Shown here piece by piece: positions 1-14,222 of a stretch of DNA of 64,000 nucleotides. Source of the DNA: Octopus vulgaris (lineage: Eukaryota); NCBI GenBank assembly GCA_951406725.2, contig OX597827.1, forward strand, positions 29,140,001-29,204,000, read 5' to 3'. Each line of letters opens with the position of its first letter. The stretch's first letter is position 1. The notes beneath the pieces are model-generated. The model was not told where the DNA came from, searched no databases, and saw only the letters and a program-made list of their open reading frames with translations. The position numbers and the translations under genes are program-made.

Positions 1-384
1 GTGTGTGTGTTCAATGAGGGATGGTCAAATGGTTTTTTGGAGTTTAGAGAAGAAGAATTCTTTTTATTATTGTTTTGTGGAGGTGTATGTGTGGGAGGTG
101 TCTGTGAGTTGGAACAAAAGTCAAGGTAGATAATGCTAAAATAATTTTATAAAAAACATTTCGGTACCGGTTTCAGTCATTGAGACTTTTCAACTGTAAG
201 TATGGAAAACAATTAAACTGTGGAAACATTAAATGCACATATTTTTTTAAAGAATATTTGCTTAGTATTCAAATACAAGGGGCGTTTTCCTTGTTTCTGC
301 CTGTCTCTGTCTCTCTTGTTTACTATTGTGGGTTCGAGGTCGTTGTGTGTTCAGAGAAGCAGAAGAAGAGTGGAAGGAGGAGGA

Positions 385-520
385 GAAAGAAGAAGAAGAA
401 AAAGAAGAAGAAGAAGAAGAAGAAGAAGAAGAAGAAGAAGAAGAAGAAGAAGAAGAAGAAGAAGAAGAAGAAGAAGAAGAAGAAGAAGAAGAAGAAGAAG
501 AAGAAGAAGAAGAAGAAGAA
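385..520 (+). repeat. (GAA)n microsatellite
   Basis: Pure GAA run; it explains the poly-K/R/E/S/L ORFs in the track. Confidence 0.98.
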
Positions 521-2699
521 TGCGGATGTGGTATGATAGTAGTAGGGTGTATATGTATATACATATATATACCGACCATGTAGGATTTGAGTTCAGCAAA
601 ATGGCATTCCAGAATTGGTAATTTATGTGTCCTGGTTCGGAACTAACTCGACATCAGTGGAAAAAAATTACAGGTTAAAAGGGATTTTCAAATGCAAAAG
701 TGTTCAATGAAAATTACAAATTGCATAGTGTGTTGAATATCTGGTCACAAGGACACCCACCTGCCATCTATTGTTGGTAGATTCGATTAAGTTACGTAGC
801 AATCTCAATTATTCAATACCCCCTGTCTATTTACAATTTCATTATTTTTTTTTGTTGCAATTATTTGAGTTGAGTATCTTTTATATTATACATCGAATAC
901 ATTGATTCAGCAATTTCCATCATTTATATTTGCAGCCCCTACATTTTCAAGTACATCAGACAATCACTTCACTTTGCATTGTATCCGATAAGCAACATCT
1001 CTCTTATTTACTGTATCCATCAATCGTTTTAACGGTACAGATTTTTCAAGTATGTAGAGATTCGCTTTACAAAGTATTCTATCCGGTTGCCAATATGAGT
1101 TTCTATTTAGAAAATAATTAAATACATAATGAACAGAGTGATCAGAACGGGAACTATTGTGTGATGATAATGTAATGAGGAAGGAGGTTAGATAAAAGCT
1201 TTCGTTGTTAACATAAGGTAAGTATCCAGCTTCCAATCTTCGTTTTAACAATAAAAAATAAAATAACATTAGCGATGCTCTGATATAAAAACGAAACGAT
1301 CTTACTCTGGTAAGTGATTTAGAAGTTACTATGTGGAAGATTGTTTGCTTACAGAGGATTCCTTTTGTTTTCCTTCCCTCCCTCGCTTTTCTTTTAGATT
1401 CCGTAATATATCGATTGTAAGAACCATGTTTCACATTGTACTCATGGCTGACCGATTTCAAACATATTCAGTCTAAATGATCGCCCAGTCATCCTCAGTT
1501 GGGTGTCCTCAGTATTGCTGTCCATTCAAGGTGGGGTACTTTAACAGACTATTCTTTTGAACTCATAAAGATTTTACAAACTGATATAGCTATCTTTCCA
1601 TTCTTTCTTCCTATAGTGACCTCCCCACATATACAAAACTCCACACAACAACGTTTTACTTTCGCAGAAGTGAAATTCTTCAGGGTTTCTTCTATTCCTA
1701 CATTTTCTCTGGTAATGTTCAAAACGAGAAACCAATTAAATCGAGTTCACCAACCTGCAAGTTCAATGTTAAAGGCAATGACCTTCTCCTTTATACTAAT
1801 TAGTAAATCTATAAATGAAGGAGAGATATGTGTCATAAGTTTGTATACTTCTCTGATGTATAAATGACAAGAAAATAAAAATTATTCTCTCATAGAAACA
1901 AGTCGTTTTAGTTTATCAACACCGTAAAATTAATTCTTTCCTTTGCTATTTAAGGAATCGATAAAAACAAATGCCAACATTCTTCCACATGATCACTTCT
2001 GAATCACTTACGGTCAATCGGGGGAGCTAGTGGATAGGACTATCAGTCGAAATGCCTTGCAGTGTCTCGCATGGCTGTTTGCTTTCTGATTCCTAAGCTT
2101 GTCTAGATGCTTCTGGCCAGAGTTAATTACCTGACCACGGCGGCAAACACTCCGACCAGCAAATGGTTAGCTCAAGGAGATATGGCTACACCCAGCTACG
2201 TCATGCTGACGCCTCATCAGATTGTGAACCTGGGTGGAATGAAGAAAGGAATGAAATGCTACTTCGAAAGCGTTCTACACTGTGTAACGAGTACGTTGGA
2301 ATGGTTATGGTAACAAACCACATTTCCCACTACAAACATATAATGTCCGTTACTTTGCTGTTGTTGTTGGTTTATTGTTATTGTCAAAGAGACCATTACC
2401 GAAGACATTCCATCCAAGACTAATTTGTTTGTTTCTAAATCCCGGAATATGATTTCCAATAGGATTTTTCGTAAAATGGTTCGATACGATATTAATATCA
2501 TTTGGCTACTACGTCTAGTGTATCTGATAATGTTCAAAACGATAAAGGATCGATTAAGTGTAACTGCCCAAAGTGGTCGTCACTTCTGGAACTTGACTGA
2601 TGAGAGAAAGTCACGAATGACCCGTCTTTTTTTGCCTGTCCTTCTAATTGTTGTTTTTGTTCCATATATATATATATATATATTTTATTTTATAGAAGG

Positions 2700-2750
2700 A
2701 GCTTCTACAGGACTAGAACTGTTTCATTCAGATGAAATCTTCAGGAAGCT
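2700..2750 (-). ncRNA. Type I hammerhead ribozyme (left arm copy)
   Basis: Exact reverse complement of 5033-5083. Confidence 0.7.
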
Positions 2751-3225
2751 GGCTGTCAAAATAAGTTCTGGTATTTATGCATTTAGGCAGATTTAATGGA
2801 GTGGTGGTGGCAGGGGGGACGTTTTTTGTGTAGGTTGGTATTTAGGAGATAAACAGGGCACAAGCTATTGTTCTTAGGGGAGTGGTCAAAAGGCCAGAGT
2901 GTTTTTTGAAGTGAGAAGAATCTGTGAGAAAATAAATAAATGAATAAGTAGAATAAATGAATAGAAACCCCAAGAATAGTATTTCAACAGATATATGGGA
3001 TGGTATTTTAGGTAAATTAGAAGACAATTGCTTTTTGGTGGTCAAGAAGAGGTAGGCAGTTTGTTATTGTTAGGTGGAGGGAATGAATAGATAAATATAC
3101 ATGAAAAAACATAAACAAATATAAAATAAATATACATACAAACACACATACATACATATGCGAATATACATATGCATACATACGCACATATATATACATA
3201 CATACACATACATACATATATGTAT

Positions 3226-3280
<55 letters not shown>

Positions 3281-3853
3281 CATACATACACCTACATACA
3301 CATACACACGCACACACATATATATATACATATATATACACATACAAATACACATAAGTATACATACATAAGTATACCCATGTACATATAAACATATACA
3401 TAATTATGCATATATAAACACATATGCACATATAAAACCATTTGTGTATATAAATATATATACGCTTATAAATACATATATGCATATATAAATACACACG
3501 CATACACACATACATCTATATACAAATACACATGTATATATAAATACACATACGCATACATAAATATATACAAATACAAATGTATATGTAAATACACATA
3601 CGCATACATAAAATATACATGCATATACACATACACACACATACACATATATATATATACACAAATACATACATGCTTATATATATACACATATACACAC
3701 ATACATACATACACACACACATATAAATACACATATATGCATATATATATATATACATACACAAACATATACATAAGCATATACATACATATAAATATAT
3801 ACACATGTACACACATACATACATAAATACATACACATACATACAAACATACA

Positions 3854-3900
<47 letters not shown>

Positions 3901-4411
3901 GTATACATACATATTCACATATATACACATACACATATACACATACACGCATACACATACATATGTACATATACATATGCACATATACATATATATGCAC
4001 ATATATACATATATGTGCATATATGCATATGTATACATACATATATATATGTGTATATAGTCTTAGGAGAGAAGGTAATTGGGGGTAATTAGGGGTGTAT
4101 GCGTATGTGTATATATACATGTGTATTTGTATATAGATGTATGTGTGTATGCGTGTGTATTTATATATGCATATATGTATTTATATGCGTATATATACTT
4201 ATATAGGCGTATATATATTTATATACACATATGGTTTTATATGTGCATATGTGTTTATATATGCGTGTATATATTTATGTGTGTGTTTGTGTGTACATGT
4301 GTATATTTATGTATGTGTTTATATATGCATAATTATGTATATGTTTATATGTACATGGGTATACTTATGTATGTATACTTATGTGTATTTGTATGTGTAT
4401 ATATATGTATG

Positions 4412-4466
<55 letters not shown>

Positions 4467-4491
4467 GTACGTGTATGTAGGTGTATGTATG

Positions 4492-4522
<31 letters not shown>

Positions 4523-5032
4523 ACATATATATGTGTGTGTGTGTGTATGTATGTATATATATATATATATATGTATGTATGTGTATGTATATATATGTGC
4601 GTATGTATGTATGCATATGTATATTCGCATGTGTATGTATGTGTGTTTGTATGTATATTTATTTTATATGTGTTTATGTTTTTTCATGTATATTTATCTA
4701 TTCATTCCCTCCACCTAACAATAACAAACTGCCTACCTCTTCTTGACCACCAAAAAGCAATTGTCTTCTAATTTACCTAAAATCCCATCCCATATATCTG
4801 TTGAAATACTATTCTTGGGGTTTCTATTCATTTATTCTACTTATTCATTTATTTATTTTCTCTCTGATTCTTCTCACTTCAAAAAACACTCTGACCACTC
4901 CCCTAAGAATAATAGCTTGTGCCCTGTTTATCTCCTAAATACCAACCTACCCAAAAAACGTCCCCCCTGCAACCACCACCACTCCATTACATCTGCCTAA
5001 ATGCATAAATACCAGAACTTATTTTGACAGCC

Positions 5033-5083
5033 AGCTTCCTGAAGATTTCATCTGAATGAAACAGTTCTAGTCCTGTAGAAGCT
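5033..5083 (+). ncRNA. Type I hammerhead ribozyme
   Basis: agcttc-CTGAAGA-t(ttc atct gaa)t-GAAA-cag(ttctagtc)ctg-TA-gaagct. Stem I is 6 bp and perfect, stem III is CAG/CTG, cleavage triplet GUA. Stem II is closed by a U-U mismatch. Confidence 0.7.
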
Positions 5084-5193
5084 CCTTCTATAAAATAAAT
5101 TACTTTACTCTGCTATGTATTGAGTACTGTGGTTAACCCCGACTCAACCCGGGACCTACATATATATATATATGCGCGCGTGTGTGTGTGTAT

Positions 5194-5262
<69 letters not shown>

Positions 5263-5269
5263 TGTGTGT

Positions 5270-5430
5270 GTTATAAAATAGTTTGACTCGCTCCATGCGA
5301 ATTAAAGTTTCCTTGGCTTCTTACAGAAACCTAGCTCGTCGGTTAACTGAGACCGACAAAATAGGTTTCTGAAAGAACCCTACGAAACCTCATGTCGTAC
5401 GGGGCCGAATCAAACAGTTTTAAATAATAA
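5270..5430. mobile_element. MITE-like element with imperfect terminal inverted repeats
   Basis: ttataaaatagtttgactcgctcc ... ggggccgaatcaaacagttttaaataa, plus an internal inverted repeat (cttacagaaaccta/taggtttctgaaag). Related ends occur at 35930-36000 and 37704-37730. Confidence 0.5.
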
Positions 5431-5684
5431 AATATGCAAGTTCTACTAATTGTGTTGCCTCTTTCATTTGACTGTCTACTCACCTTTATGGCTTTAAGGG
5501 TGTCGCCACAGGCCTGGTTGGAGGCCCAACCTTCCGAGTTCTTTTACAGGACTTAGAAAAACTGAAGGACCGCTGCAATAAGTGTGTGAATCTGAGAGGA
5601 GGATATGTTGAACAAAATCATAATTTACTGATCCTCCTGTATTTTCTTTTACCCAGAGCCAGGAACTTTTCAGCCCCACCTCGT

Positions 5685-6245
5685 ATATATGTATGGTGGC
5701 TTCCCCCTCGTTATCGAGTATGGCCATTGCACGAAGCTTAATCAATATTGTTATCGTGCAATGCCTGTGCAAGAAGATTTTTTTTTTAAGTGAGGATAGG
5801 CTGTGCACTGAGTCAATCTCACTCACTAAGCAATAGCAGCCATAATCCGAAAAGAAGAACATGTCAACATCATCGGTAACCACTGAGCCGTAGGTTTTAT
5901 GTCGGAGTTATCCCAGTTACGTGAGTTACCTTCTCCTAGAACGATGCCCTACCAAAGGCTAAGAGTCCTTCACTCCCAATGGTTTAACCGCGCGATCGGG
6001 TATCCAGTCCGATTATCTCTATGTCCCCGCGCATGATACAGCCTTAAGACATTTATTGGATGGCCGTTGACTCTCAAGAGTTCCTCCACCCTTTGACGGG
6101 TTTTGTTTTTCATCCCGCAGTGTATCCAATAAACACCCTCCTCACCAAGCAAGCTTGGTGGGTTGCCGGTTTAGTCGCCGACGATCCGACCATGCAACTG
6201 GTTGTACTGGGTTACATGTTACCAGTAGCACTCGAAAGTGACCTG
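5685..6245 (-). mobile_element. Interspersed repeat, probably RTE-derived non-coding fragment
   Basis: Start (ccccctcgttatcgagtatggccattgcacg) recurs at ~28540. The minus-strand ctaggagaaggtaactc resembles RTE 5' UTR motifs (recalled, not searched). Confidence 0.35.
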
Positions 6246-6299
6246 ACATACATATGTATACACATACATACATACAAACACACGTGCACACACATACAC

Positions 6300-6476
6300 A
6301 CCCGTACGTACGTACCTACGTATGTATGTATGTATGTATGTATGTATGTATGTATGTATGTATGTATGTATGTATGTATGTATGTATGTATGTATGCATG
6401 CATGCATGCATGCATGTATGCATGCATGTATGTATGTATGTATGTATGTATGTATGTATGTATGTATGTATGTATG
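6300..6476 (+). repeat. (TATG)n/(CATG)n microsatellite
   Basis: Direct reading. Confidence 0.95.
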
Positions 6477-6944
6477 TGGATATTCGTTGGCACTTACATA
6501 CATGTGTGTGTGCGCGCGTACGAATTTTTGTGAGTATATTAATAGTGTATCTGTACCTTGGGCCACATTTGCTTCTCTCACGTTCGATGCACTTGTTTCA
6601 GCTGTGGCTTTGAATATTAAAGAGACTCTTTATTTACAGTTGTTATAATTCCGAAGATATGCAAGTGGGGGAAAAGATGTTATTTATGATCATGGAAATG
6701 TGTCGGACACGACGGGTACGTGTAAAACATTCGATTTGCTGTCAGAATCTTTTATTTATCGAACGTTATCAAGAACACAGCAAAGCAATTTGTCATGAAA
6801 TTAAAATCTGTTTCATATGACAGTGCGTAACCAATTGAGATTTTCGTGTATTGAAAAAAAAAAAATAGCGGCCTATTGGAGTTGATCTTTAAACAGGCAT
6901 ATCGATCAGAAATTTGGCCTGCCGAAAATCACAGCAGCAAGAAT

Positions 6945-7172
6945 ATTGGCTTCAAAGTTTGGCAGAAGGTCAGAAATTTCGAGAATGTGCGTAAGTCGAT
7001 TACATCAATCGCATTACTCAACTGGTGTTGAATTTATCATTCCTGAAACAATGAAAGGCAATTTCGTCCTCGGTGGAATTTGAACTCAGAACATTTAATA
7101 AAAAATGGGTGAGATGCTGCAAGACGTTTTACCCAGTGTGCTAACGACTCTGTCAGCACGCTACCTTAGCGG
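6945..7172 (-). mobile_element. tRNA-derived SINE family B (Meta-domain-like), degenerate
   Basis: atgaaaggcaatttcgtcctcggtggaatttgaactcagaac is shared with copies at 19.4-19.9, 22.7-23.1, 33.9-34.1 and 49.7-50.3 kb. Confidence 0.75.
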
Positions 7173-8026
7173 CAGTCGGCATATTATAAAGTGAAATGGT
7201 CAACTGGAAACGGAATTTACTTAAAGTGGTGGTGGTGGGGGGGTACTGAGAGAGACTGTTATACACAAACAATTTAAACGAGGAATAAAGCAACAAAAAA
7301 AAAAACTTTCAGACAGTTAAACGAATACCCAAACGAAAGTCTGCCGTTTCATATTTTGTGACTAGTGCTGTACTCTGACCATGGGCAACTGCACGTCCTG
7401 TAAACAGGGGAGTCAGCTGCTTTTACTAGAGGACAATACAAGAAAATATGATTTCGGGTGGTCACTTTACTTACACCTACCGTTAAGGGGAGATATGATA
7501 ACCAACCGACGCTCTGTTTTCACTATGGGAAGGCTACCCTGATAGACTGAGTAGCACAACTTAACGATGATGATGATGATGATAATGATGACAACGACGA
7601 TAATCGTGGTGAGGATGACAACGACGGCGATGATGTTGATAATGAGGTGGAGGAAGAGGTGGGTGACGACGACGACGACGATGGTGATGATGATGATGAT
7701 GAACAATGTCAAATGAATTAGTGCTTCATGGCCCCTAATACCATGTTTATCTCTTCCTCTTAAATATAGCCTCGCCTGTTTTAGGGTTTACAGTATTGAC
7801 CAACACGAAGCTGAGCGGTTTGGGGTAGGGTTGCGCAACTCATTCCTCTCGAAATAGTAGCTAGAAATCTTCTTTATAATCTCACCCTGTTTTCATTAAA
7901 ATAATAAAGAGAAACTTTGAATGAAGCACCTGTCAGATAATGTAGCCTAAATAAATAGAAATACAATCCGAACGTTCTCGACTGAAACAGATTGACATGA
8001 TGAAGGGCAAAACTTGAGAGTAATCG

Positions 8027-8041
8027 ACAACAACAACAACA

Positions 8042-8106
<65 letters not shown>

Positions 8107-8112
8107 TACTAC
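8027..8112 (+). repeat. (CAA)n-(CTA)n microsatellite
   Basis: Direct reading. Confidence 0.95.
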
Positions 8113-8749
8113 CACATGAAGAGGAAATCTTAATTGATGCCCGAAGATGTAATGAACTATATAACTCATCAATAACTATTTGAAATGGATAACAAAAATC
8201 CCAATAACACGTAAATTTTCATTCAAATTGATCCGTATACAAGTTTTAGTGTTGTCTATAAATAACTAGTTTCCTTGTAACCGCATCAACAAACAAACAA
8301 AAACAATAACAAAAAGAAAGGAAAAATATTCTATTTTCCAGAAATTACTGATGTTTCATCACTCTGCAATGCTTAACACCAATTTCTTATAGATTTATTA
8401 GATGGACGCCAAGTTTTTTCAGTTCCTCGATAAACAACCAATCAAAGAAGAAATTACTCAGTTTTCTTTTTGTTTCTTCTATTTTTTTTGTTTTTAGCGG
8501 GTTTTTGTTGTTATGTTTCTTTTCTTTTTTTTTCTTTTTGGTTGGTTGAATTCAACGAAAGAAAAATATGCTCACTCGAGTGCAATGTTGTTAAAATAAT
8601 GGAACAGTAGTTTTTGTAGCAATAAATGATCAGGCTCATTGCAGAGTAAAAGTAAACGGTGTAACGGCGTTGACATCACCGTCATCAGTGTCATCGTTGT
8701 CACCATCTCCATCATCAACGTCGTCGTCGTCGTCGTCATCTGTTATGTG

Positions 8750-8790
<41 letters not shown>

Positions 8791-9104
8791 ATATGTATGT
8801 ATGTATGTACGTATGTATGTATGTATGTATGTATATGTATATACATATATATATATATATATATGAATTGAAAGAGAACTTCATATCAACATCAAAGCTA
8901 TTATTATTTTCATCATCAGCTTCGCTATCAAACGCCACCACCACCTCCTTCTTCTCTTTTCCACCTCATTCTCATCATCATCATCAGCATCATCATCAAC
9001 GTGTCGTCTTCATCCTTTCAAAACCTACGTTGCCTCAAGCATCCATACAACTACCATCGTCAACTTATATGTGTGGGTGTGTGTCCGCGCGTGTGAGTGT
9101 ATAC

Positions 9105-9152
<48 letters not shown>

Positions 9153-10347
9153 TCATATACGCATACAGAAATATATGTGTGTGTTTATATATATATATGC
9201 ATATAGAGATATGGAGGTAGATATATACATATTTATGTATATATATACATGTATACATATATATATAATTATATATATATATATATATGTACACACACAA
9301 TTATGTATATCTATATGTATATATGTCCATATATATAGACATATATGTGCATACATGTTTATATACATACACACACACTCATACACACACCCACTCACAC
9401 ACAGATATATACATATATATAATTTCAAAAAACATAATTTTCAATAGAAATACCATTATCCTTAGCCATCAATATGCCTCTTTTACAACTATTGTTTTTT
9501 TATTTCTTGTTTTTAATAACGTCGAGAGAAAGAGGAAGAGGGAAATACAAAAATATATAAAAAAGTCAATCAAGAAAATAGATGCATTTAAAAAACATAT
9601 AAATTATGAAATATAGCAGCAACTTGAACAACAATTATAATAATAATAAAAATACCAATAGTTTTTATAATAATGATAATAATATTAATAATAATAATGA
9701 TAGTAACAACAACAACAACAACAATAATAATAATAATGACAATGATAAGAATGATGATGTTGATGACGACGACGACGATGATGGTGATTATGATAATGAT
9801 GATGATAATAATAATAAAGTAGTAGTAACAACAACAACAACAACAACAATAATAATAATAATAATAATAATAAAAAGAATAATGCTGGAAACAAAGGAAT
9901 TATGATGATAATGCGGATGTTAAAAAAAAGACGACAAAAGAACTTAATGTGGGAAAAATGAAAGTAAAAGTTATGTTCAGTTTTTATCGAGATATTATTT
10001 ATCAGGTTTTGAGTAAACGAGAAACGGGCACGATTCCAGTTCCAAATCTACCGTTATGAGAAATCAAAATGGAACGTGAAATCAAGCGAGTCGAATTATT
10101 TTTGCTGAAATGTCTATGGTGGAAGAACAGGAAATGACGTGTAAATGCTTAGCTTTGTCATATGAATACACACATATTTTATATATTTATGTGAAAGGTT
10201 GGTTGGGTTGGTTGAACGTATAGATATAGGTATAATTTCATATTATATATATATATCATACTGATATAACCATGTGTGATATATATGACTATATATGACC
10301 ATATATACATGCATTCCTATCAATGCAATATATATATATATATACAT

Positions 10348-10390
<43 letters not shown>

Positions 10391-11439
10391 CATACATTTA
10401 TGCACATACATTTCCATAGTTATTCATAAATATATACATATATCAATATGTGTGCATGTGTGTTTAAGTACTCATATACACACACATATGTAATATGCAC
10501 TCATATATACACACATACGTGTGTGTAAATACTCATATGTATTTACACAGACACACACACAGATGTATTTATATTTAAATGTGCATATATATATATATAT
10601 ACATACACACAGAGACATATATATATGCATGTGTGTGTATGTGTGTGTATGTGTGTGCGTAAAGTTTTATTGTAATCTTCATTGAGAATTTCATGCTGTA
10701 AAATTGTATACATTTATCTAAAAATTCTGCAATACAACACTAACAGCATTAAAAACACTCTTATGAAATTAAAAGCTTGTGTCATTTCTCACAGCAGAAA
10801 AGGCTGGTTTTGTCACATTCTATCACGCTAATTCTGATTCTGGATTTCTCAGCTATGTACATGATAAAATACTAATACGAGAAATTGATACATCAGATAA
10901 TCGAACAGCGTACATCATCAGCGAAACTGAGGAAGGTCCATTCCCATTGTTTTTAACTTTACATAGACAACGTAAACAGTTTTAATAATAATCCAAGGTA
11001 TTGGGTTTCACTTTTCATCTTCCGAATAATGCTTTATCTTCGTTTGTTATCAGTAAAATTTCTAAAAAAATATGTAATATCTTTGTTTTATCTCGTTACT
11101 GAATAGTGTTTAACCTATTAGTGTAATGGAATTGGTAACAGATAAAATAATTTTTCTTAAAAGTGAAATATCATTCACTTCGTTTGATCATTTTCTCAAT
11201 ATTCTGGCGCTTTTCAACTTCAATAACGAACGTTGAGGATATTAAACAAAATATTTTAAAGTTACGATATTATTTTTTAAATTCTATATATACTGCACCT
11301 AAACAAGGCGCAGAGTATTGTAAACAGTTAGACTTCAATACTCACCAGTAATTTTAATTTGATAGAATTGTGTTTTCCTTAACAGATTCACATCTTTCTG
11401 TTTCCAATTCTCGACAATATTCTATTTTCTTTTTACATC

Positions 11440-11575
11440 AGGAGTGGGTGTATGGTAAGTATCTTGCTTACCAACCACATGATTCCTGGTGCAGTCCCAC
11501 TGCGTGAAACTTTGGGCAAGTGTCTTGTGAGTGGATATGGTAAACGGAAAGAGAAAGAAGACCGCCGTATATGCA
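11440..11575 (+). mobile_element. SINE family A (tRNA head plus CORE-like segment), 5' part
   Basis: aggagtgggtgtatggtaagtatcttgcttaccaaccacatg...tttgggcaagtgtctt matches the copy at 13272. Confidence 0.75.
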
Positions 11576-11603
11576 TACATACATACATGCATATATATAT
11601 ATA

Positions 11604-12552
11604 CTAGCAGCATAGCCTGGCGTTGCCCGGGTATGTAAGAGCCCCTAGTAGGCAACGACTAATCCCAATCTAGGGAACGAAGGCGCATGTGTAGGTTGCA
11701 ATGTCTTCTCTTCACTCGAATACTTCTGTGTATACGATGTTCCTAGCTGTCCCTTTGGGCGAAAACATGAAAACATCATTGCGCCTCCCAACGCGTGAAC
11801 AGCCCACGTAGAGTTGACCGTGGGCGAAGCACTGTTTGCCCAACTGTAACCCAGCGACTTGTAGCGTTTGGCCTTGGGATTTATTGATGGACATTGCGAA
11901 GCAGAGTTTAACAGGAAACTGAGAACGCCTGAAGTGGATTGGTAGGTCAACGCCCGACGGTTGAAGGTGCATGCGTGGAATGAAGACGTCCTCTCCCTTC
12001 CCACAACCGGTAAGTATTGTGGCCGTTATTAAATGTGGTGGCAAATGTTTCACAACCAGACGTGTGCCGTTGCACTGTTTAGGTGGAACCAAATTCCCGA
12101 TGAGCATAATGGGCGCACCGACTTTTAACTTCAGGATGTGTGGCGGCAGGTCTGGCGGTTCAAGTGAATTCAGGAATTCAACAGGATAATCGGCAAGCTC
12201 GGCGGGGTCTGCTGTCCTATCAATAGATTTGTAGACGTGAACATTACCAGGAATAGCTTCAAGTAGCTGGATATTGATGGAGTTGAGAGTTAAAAAGGTC
12301 GAGTTGCGTCCCCTAGACAGCCTGTGGTTTGTGTTTCTGATTCTCGACCCCATGTCGAATTTATCGATTTTTTTCAGAACCGGGGGAACTTTTCAAAATT
12401 TTCGCTGCGTTAGTTTTGAATTATGACATTGGGCTCTGTGTGTGTCAAGTTTCATCAGAATCGGTTGAAAGCCGTGGTCAGGGTGAGGGTACAACCTAAC
12501 AGACACACAGACACGCAGACAGATAAACTGCCGTTTACATATATATATATAG
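11604..12552 (-). mobile_element. Internally deleted Helitron (~950 bp)
   Basis: The minus-strand 3' end has a GC-rich subterminal hairpin (cccgggcaacgccagg) followed by CTAG then T (11604-11607). The 5' end reads ctatatatatatatgtaaa...tctgtctg. A helicase fragment lies inside. Confidence 0.85.
11712..12290 (-). pseudogene. C-terminal fragment of Helitron Rep/Hel PIF1-family helicase
   Basis: YPVEFLNSL..PPHILKLKVGAPIML..NGTRL..QFPVKLCFAMSINKSQGQTL..CFAHGQLYVGCSRV..NIVYTEV are the PIF1 helicase C-terminal motifs. Rep and the N-terminal helicase motifs are absent. Confidence 0.92.
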
Positions 12553-12554
12553 GG

Positions 12555-13262
12555 CGAATTTACAAACAAACAAAACAAAAGACGAGGACAGGTGGTGTAG
12601 ATAACTGATGTATTAGTTTAACACTCGAGAAGTGAAAAAGTCTTTAACGTTTCGAGACTACGCTCTTCCACAGAAGAGGAAAGGTTTGTAATCGGGCATG
12701 ATTGTAAAACGAGAAGAGAAGAGAAAGAAAGGAGAAAAGGGGGGAAGGGAGTGAGAAAGAGAGAAGGTAAATAAAGACGTGGGGAGTAAACATTTAAAAG
12801 GTGTGGGAAGAAAAAAAACAAAAGGTGTGGGGAGAAGAAATATATATGAAAATTAGCAGGAGGATATAAAAACAGGGAAAGGATGAAGATAGAAGAAACA
12901 GACAGAAAAGAGGGAAGAAGGGGAGAAGAGAAGACGAAAGGGAAAAAGAAAAGGAGGAAGAGAGAGGCAAGGTAACAGGTGCTGATTAGAGAAAACGGAG
13001 TAAGAACAACCAGAGTAGGAAGAAACGACAATAGGAAAAAGCAGAAAGTACAAAAAAGTTCAGTTTCAAACGTCGTGGTGTATTGGATCGGTTTCTCATC
13101 ACCGGAAGAGTCTAGTGTAATCGATGGGTAGGAGAGGTGCAACTGAAGTGTAGTAGAAAGTCCAGGTAGAGAATCCATAAAAGTTCGTGGGTGATGAGGA
13201 GACAGGATCAACTGGTGCGAACACGTGAGCTTGTAATATATGGGGAGAATGCACACCAAAAA
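12555..13262 (-). mobile_element. Non-coding PLE-like repeat fragment with degenerate minimal hammerhead (12640-12675)
   Basis: The end aaagacga..ggtgtag..gatgtattagtttaac recurs at 13670-13745 and 29135-29235. The minus strand reads gaagagcgtagtctcGAAACGTTA. Confidence 0.45.
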
Positions 13263-13271
13263 ACACAACAT

Positions 13272-13660
13272 AGGCGTAGAAGTGGCTGTGTGGTAAGTAG
13301 CTTGCTTAGCAATCACATGGTTCCAGGTCCAGTCCCACTGCGTGTCACCTTCGGCAAGTGTCTTCTACTATAGCCTCGGGCCGACCAAAGACTTGTGAGT
13401 GGATTTGGTAGACGGAAACTGAAAGAAGCCCGTCGTATACATCTATACATATATATGTATGTGTGTATATGTTTGTCCCCCCCAACATCGCTTGACAACC
13501 GATGCTGGTGTGTTTACGTCCCCGTAATTTAGCGATTCGGTAAAAGATACCGATAGAATAAGTACTAGGCTTACAAAGAATAAGTCCTGGGGTCGAGTTG
13601 CTCGACTAAAGGCGGTGCTCCAGCATGGGTACAGTCAAATGACTGAAGCATGTAAAAAAA
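13272..13660 (+). mobile_element. SINE family A, full length
   Basis: A box-like TGGCTGTGTGG, B box-like GGTCCAGTCCC, CORE-like ccttcggcaagtg, an internal TA/TG repeat and the 3' tail ggcggtgctccagcatgg. A second 3' half lies at 13765-13970. Confidence 0.88.
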
Positions 13661-14079
13661 GGTAAAAAGAAAGACGAAGACAAGTGGTGTAGACCAAAAC
13701 AGATGTATTAGTTTAACGCTCGGGAGGTGAAAAAGTTTTTAACGTTATATGCGCGCGCGCGCGTGTGTGTGTTTGTGTGTCTGTGTTTGTACCCCCTATA
13801 TCACTTGACAACCGATGTTGGTGTGATTACGTCCCCGTAACATAGTGGTTCGGCTTAAGAGTCCAATAGAATAAGTACTAGGCTTACAAAGAATACGTTT
13901 ATGGGTCGAATTGTTTAACTAAAGGCGGTGCTCTAGTGTGGCCACAATGAAATGACTGAAACCAGTAAAGTAATAGTAGAATAAGTATCTGCAAAATATA
14001 TTCATATAAAACGATTGTTTGTGAGAGAAAATTATTTCTTAATTTTAAATGTAAAAATATTAGTGTTTAATTTTACAAT

Positions 14080-14222
14080 AATCCTTTCTATTATAGGCAC
14101 AAGACCTGAAATCTTGGAGAAAGAGACTGGTTGATTACATCGATCTCAGTATTCAACTAGCACTTAATTTGTCGACCCCGAATGGATGAATGGCAAAATC
14201 GACCTCGGCGGAATTTGAACCT
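14080..14222 (-). mobile_element. SINE family B fragment
   Basis: tcgaccccgaatggatgaatggcaaaatcgacctcggcggaatttgaac. Confidence 0.75.

Larger units (their letters stand above)
2683..5160. mobile_element. Non-coding PLE-type relic: two inverted pseudo-LTR arms forming a ~2.4 kb foldback
   Basis: 2683-~3560 is the reverse complement of ~4100-5098, including ~450 bp of non-microsatellite sequence. Each arm carries a hammerhead. The right arm extends ~60 bp further; both ends abut (TA)n. Confidence 0.75.

Noticed and set aside
930-1870. Possible decayed DNA-transposon coding sequence
   Set aside because: Only a vague hAT-like phrase (KEKVIAFNIELAGW) with stops; not enough to call.
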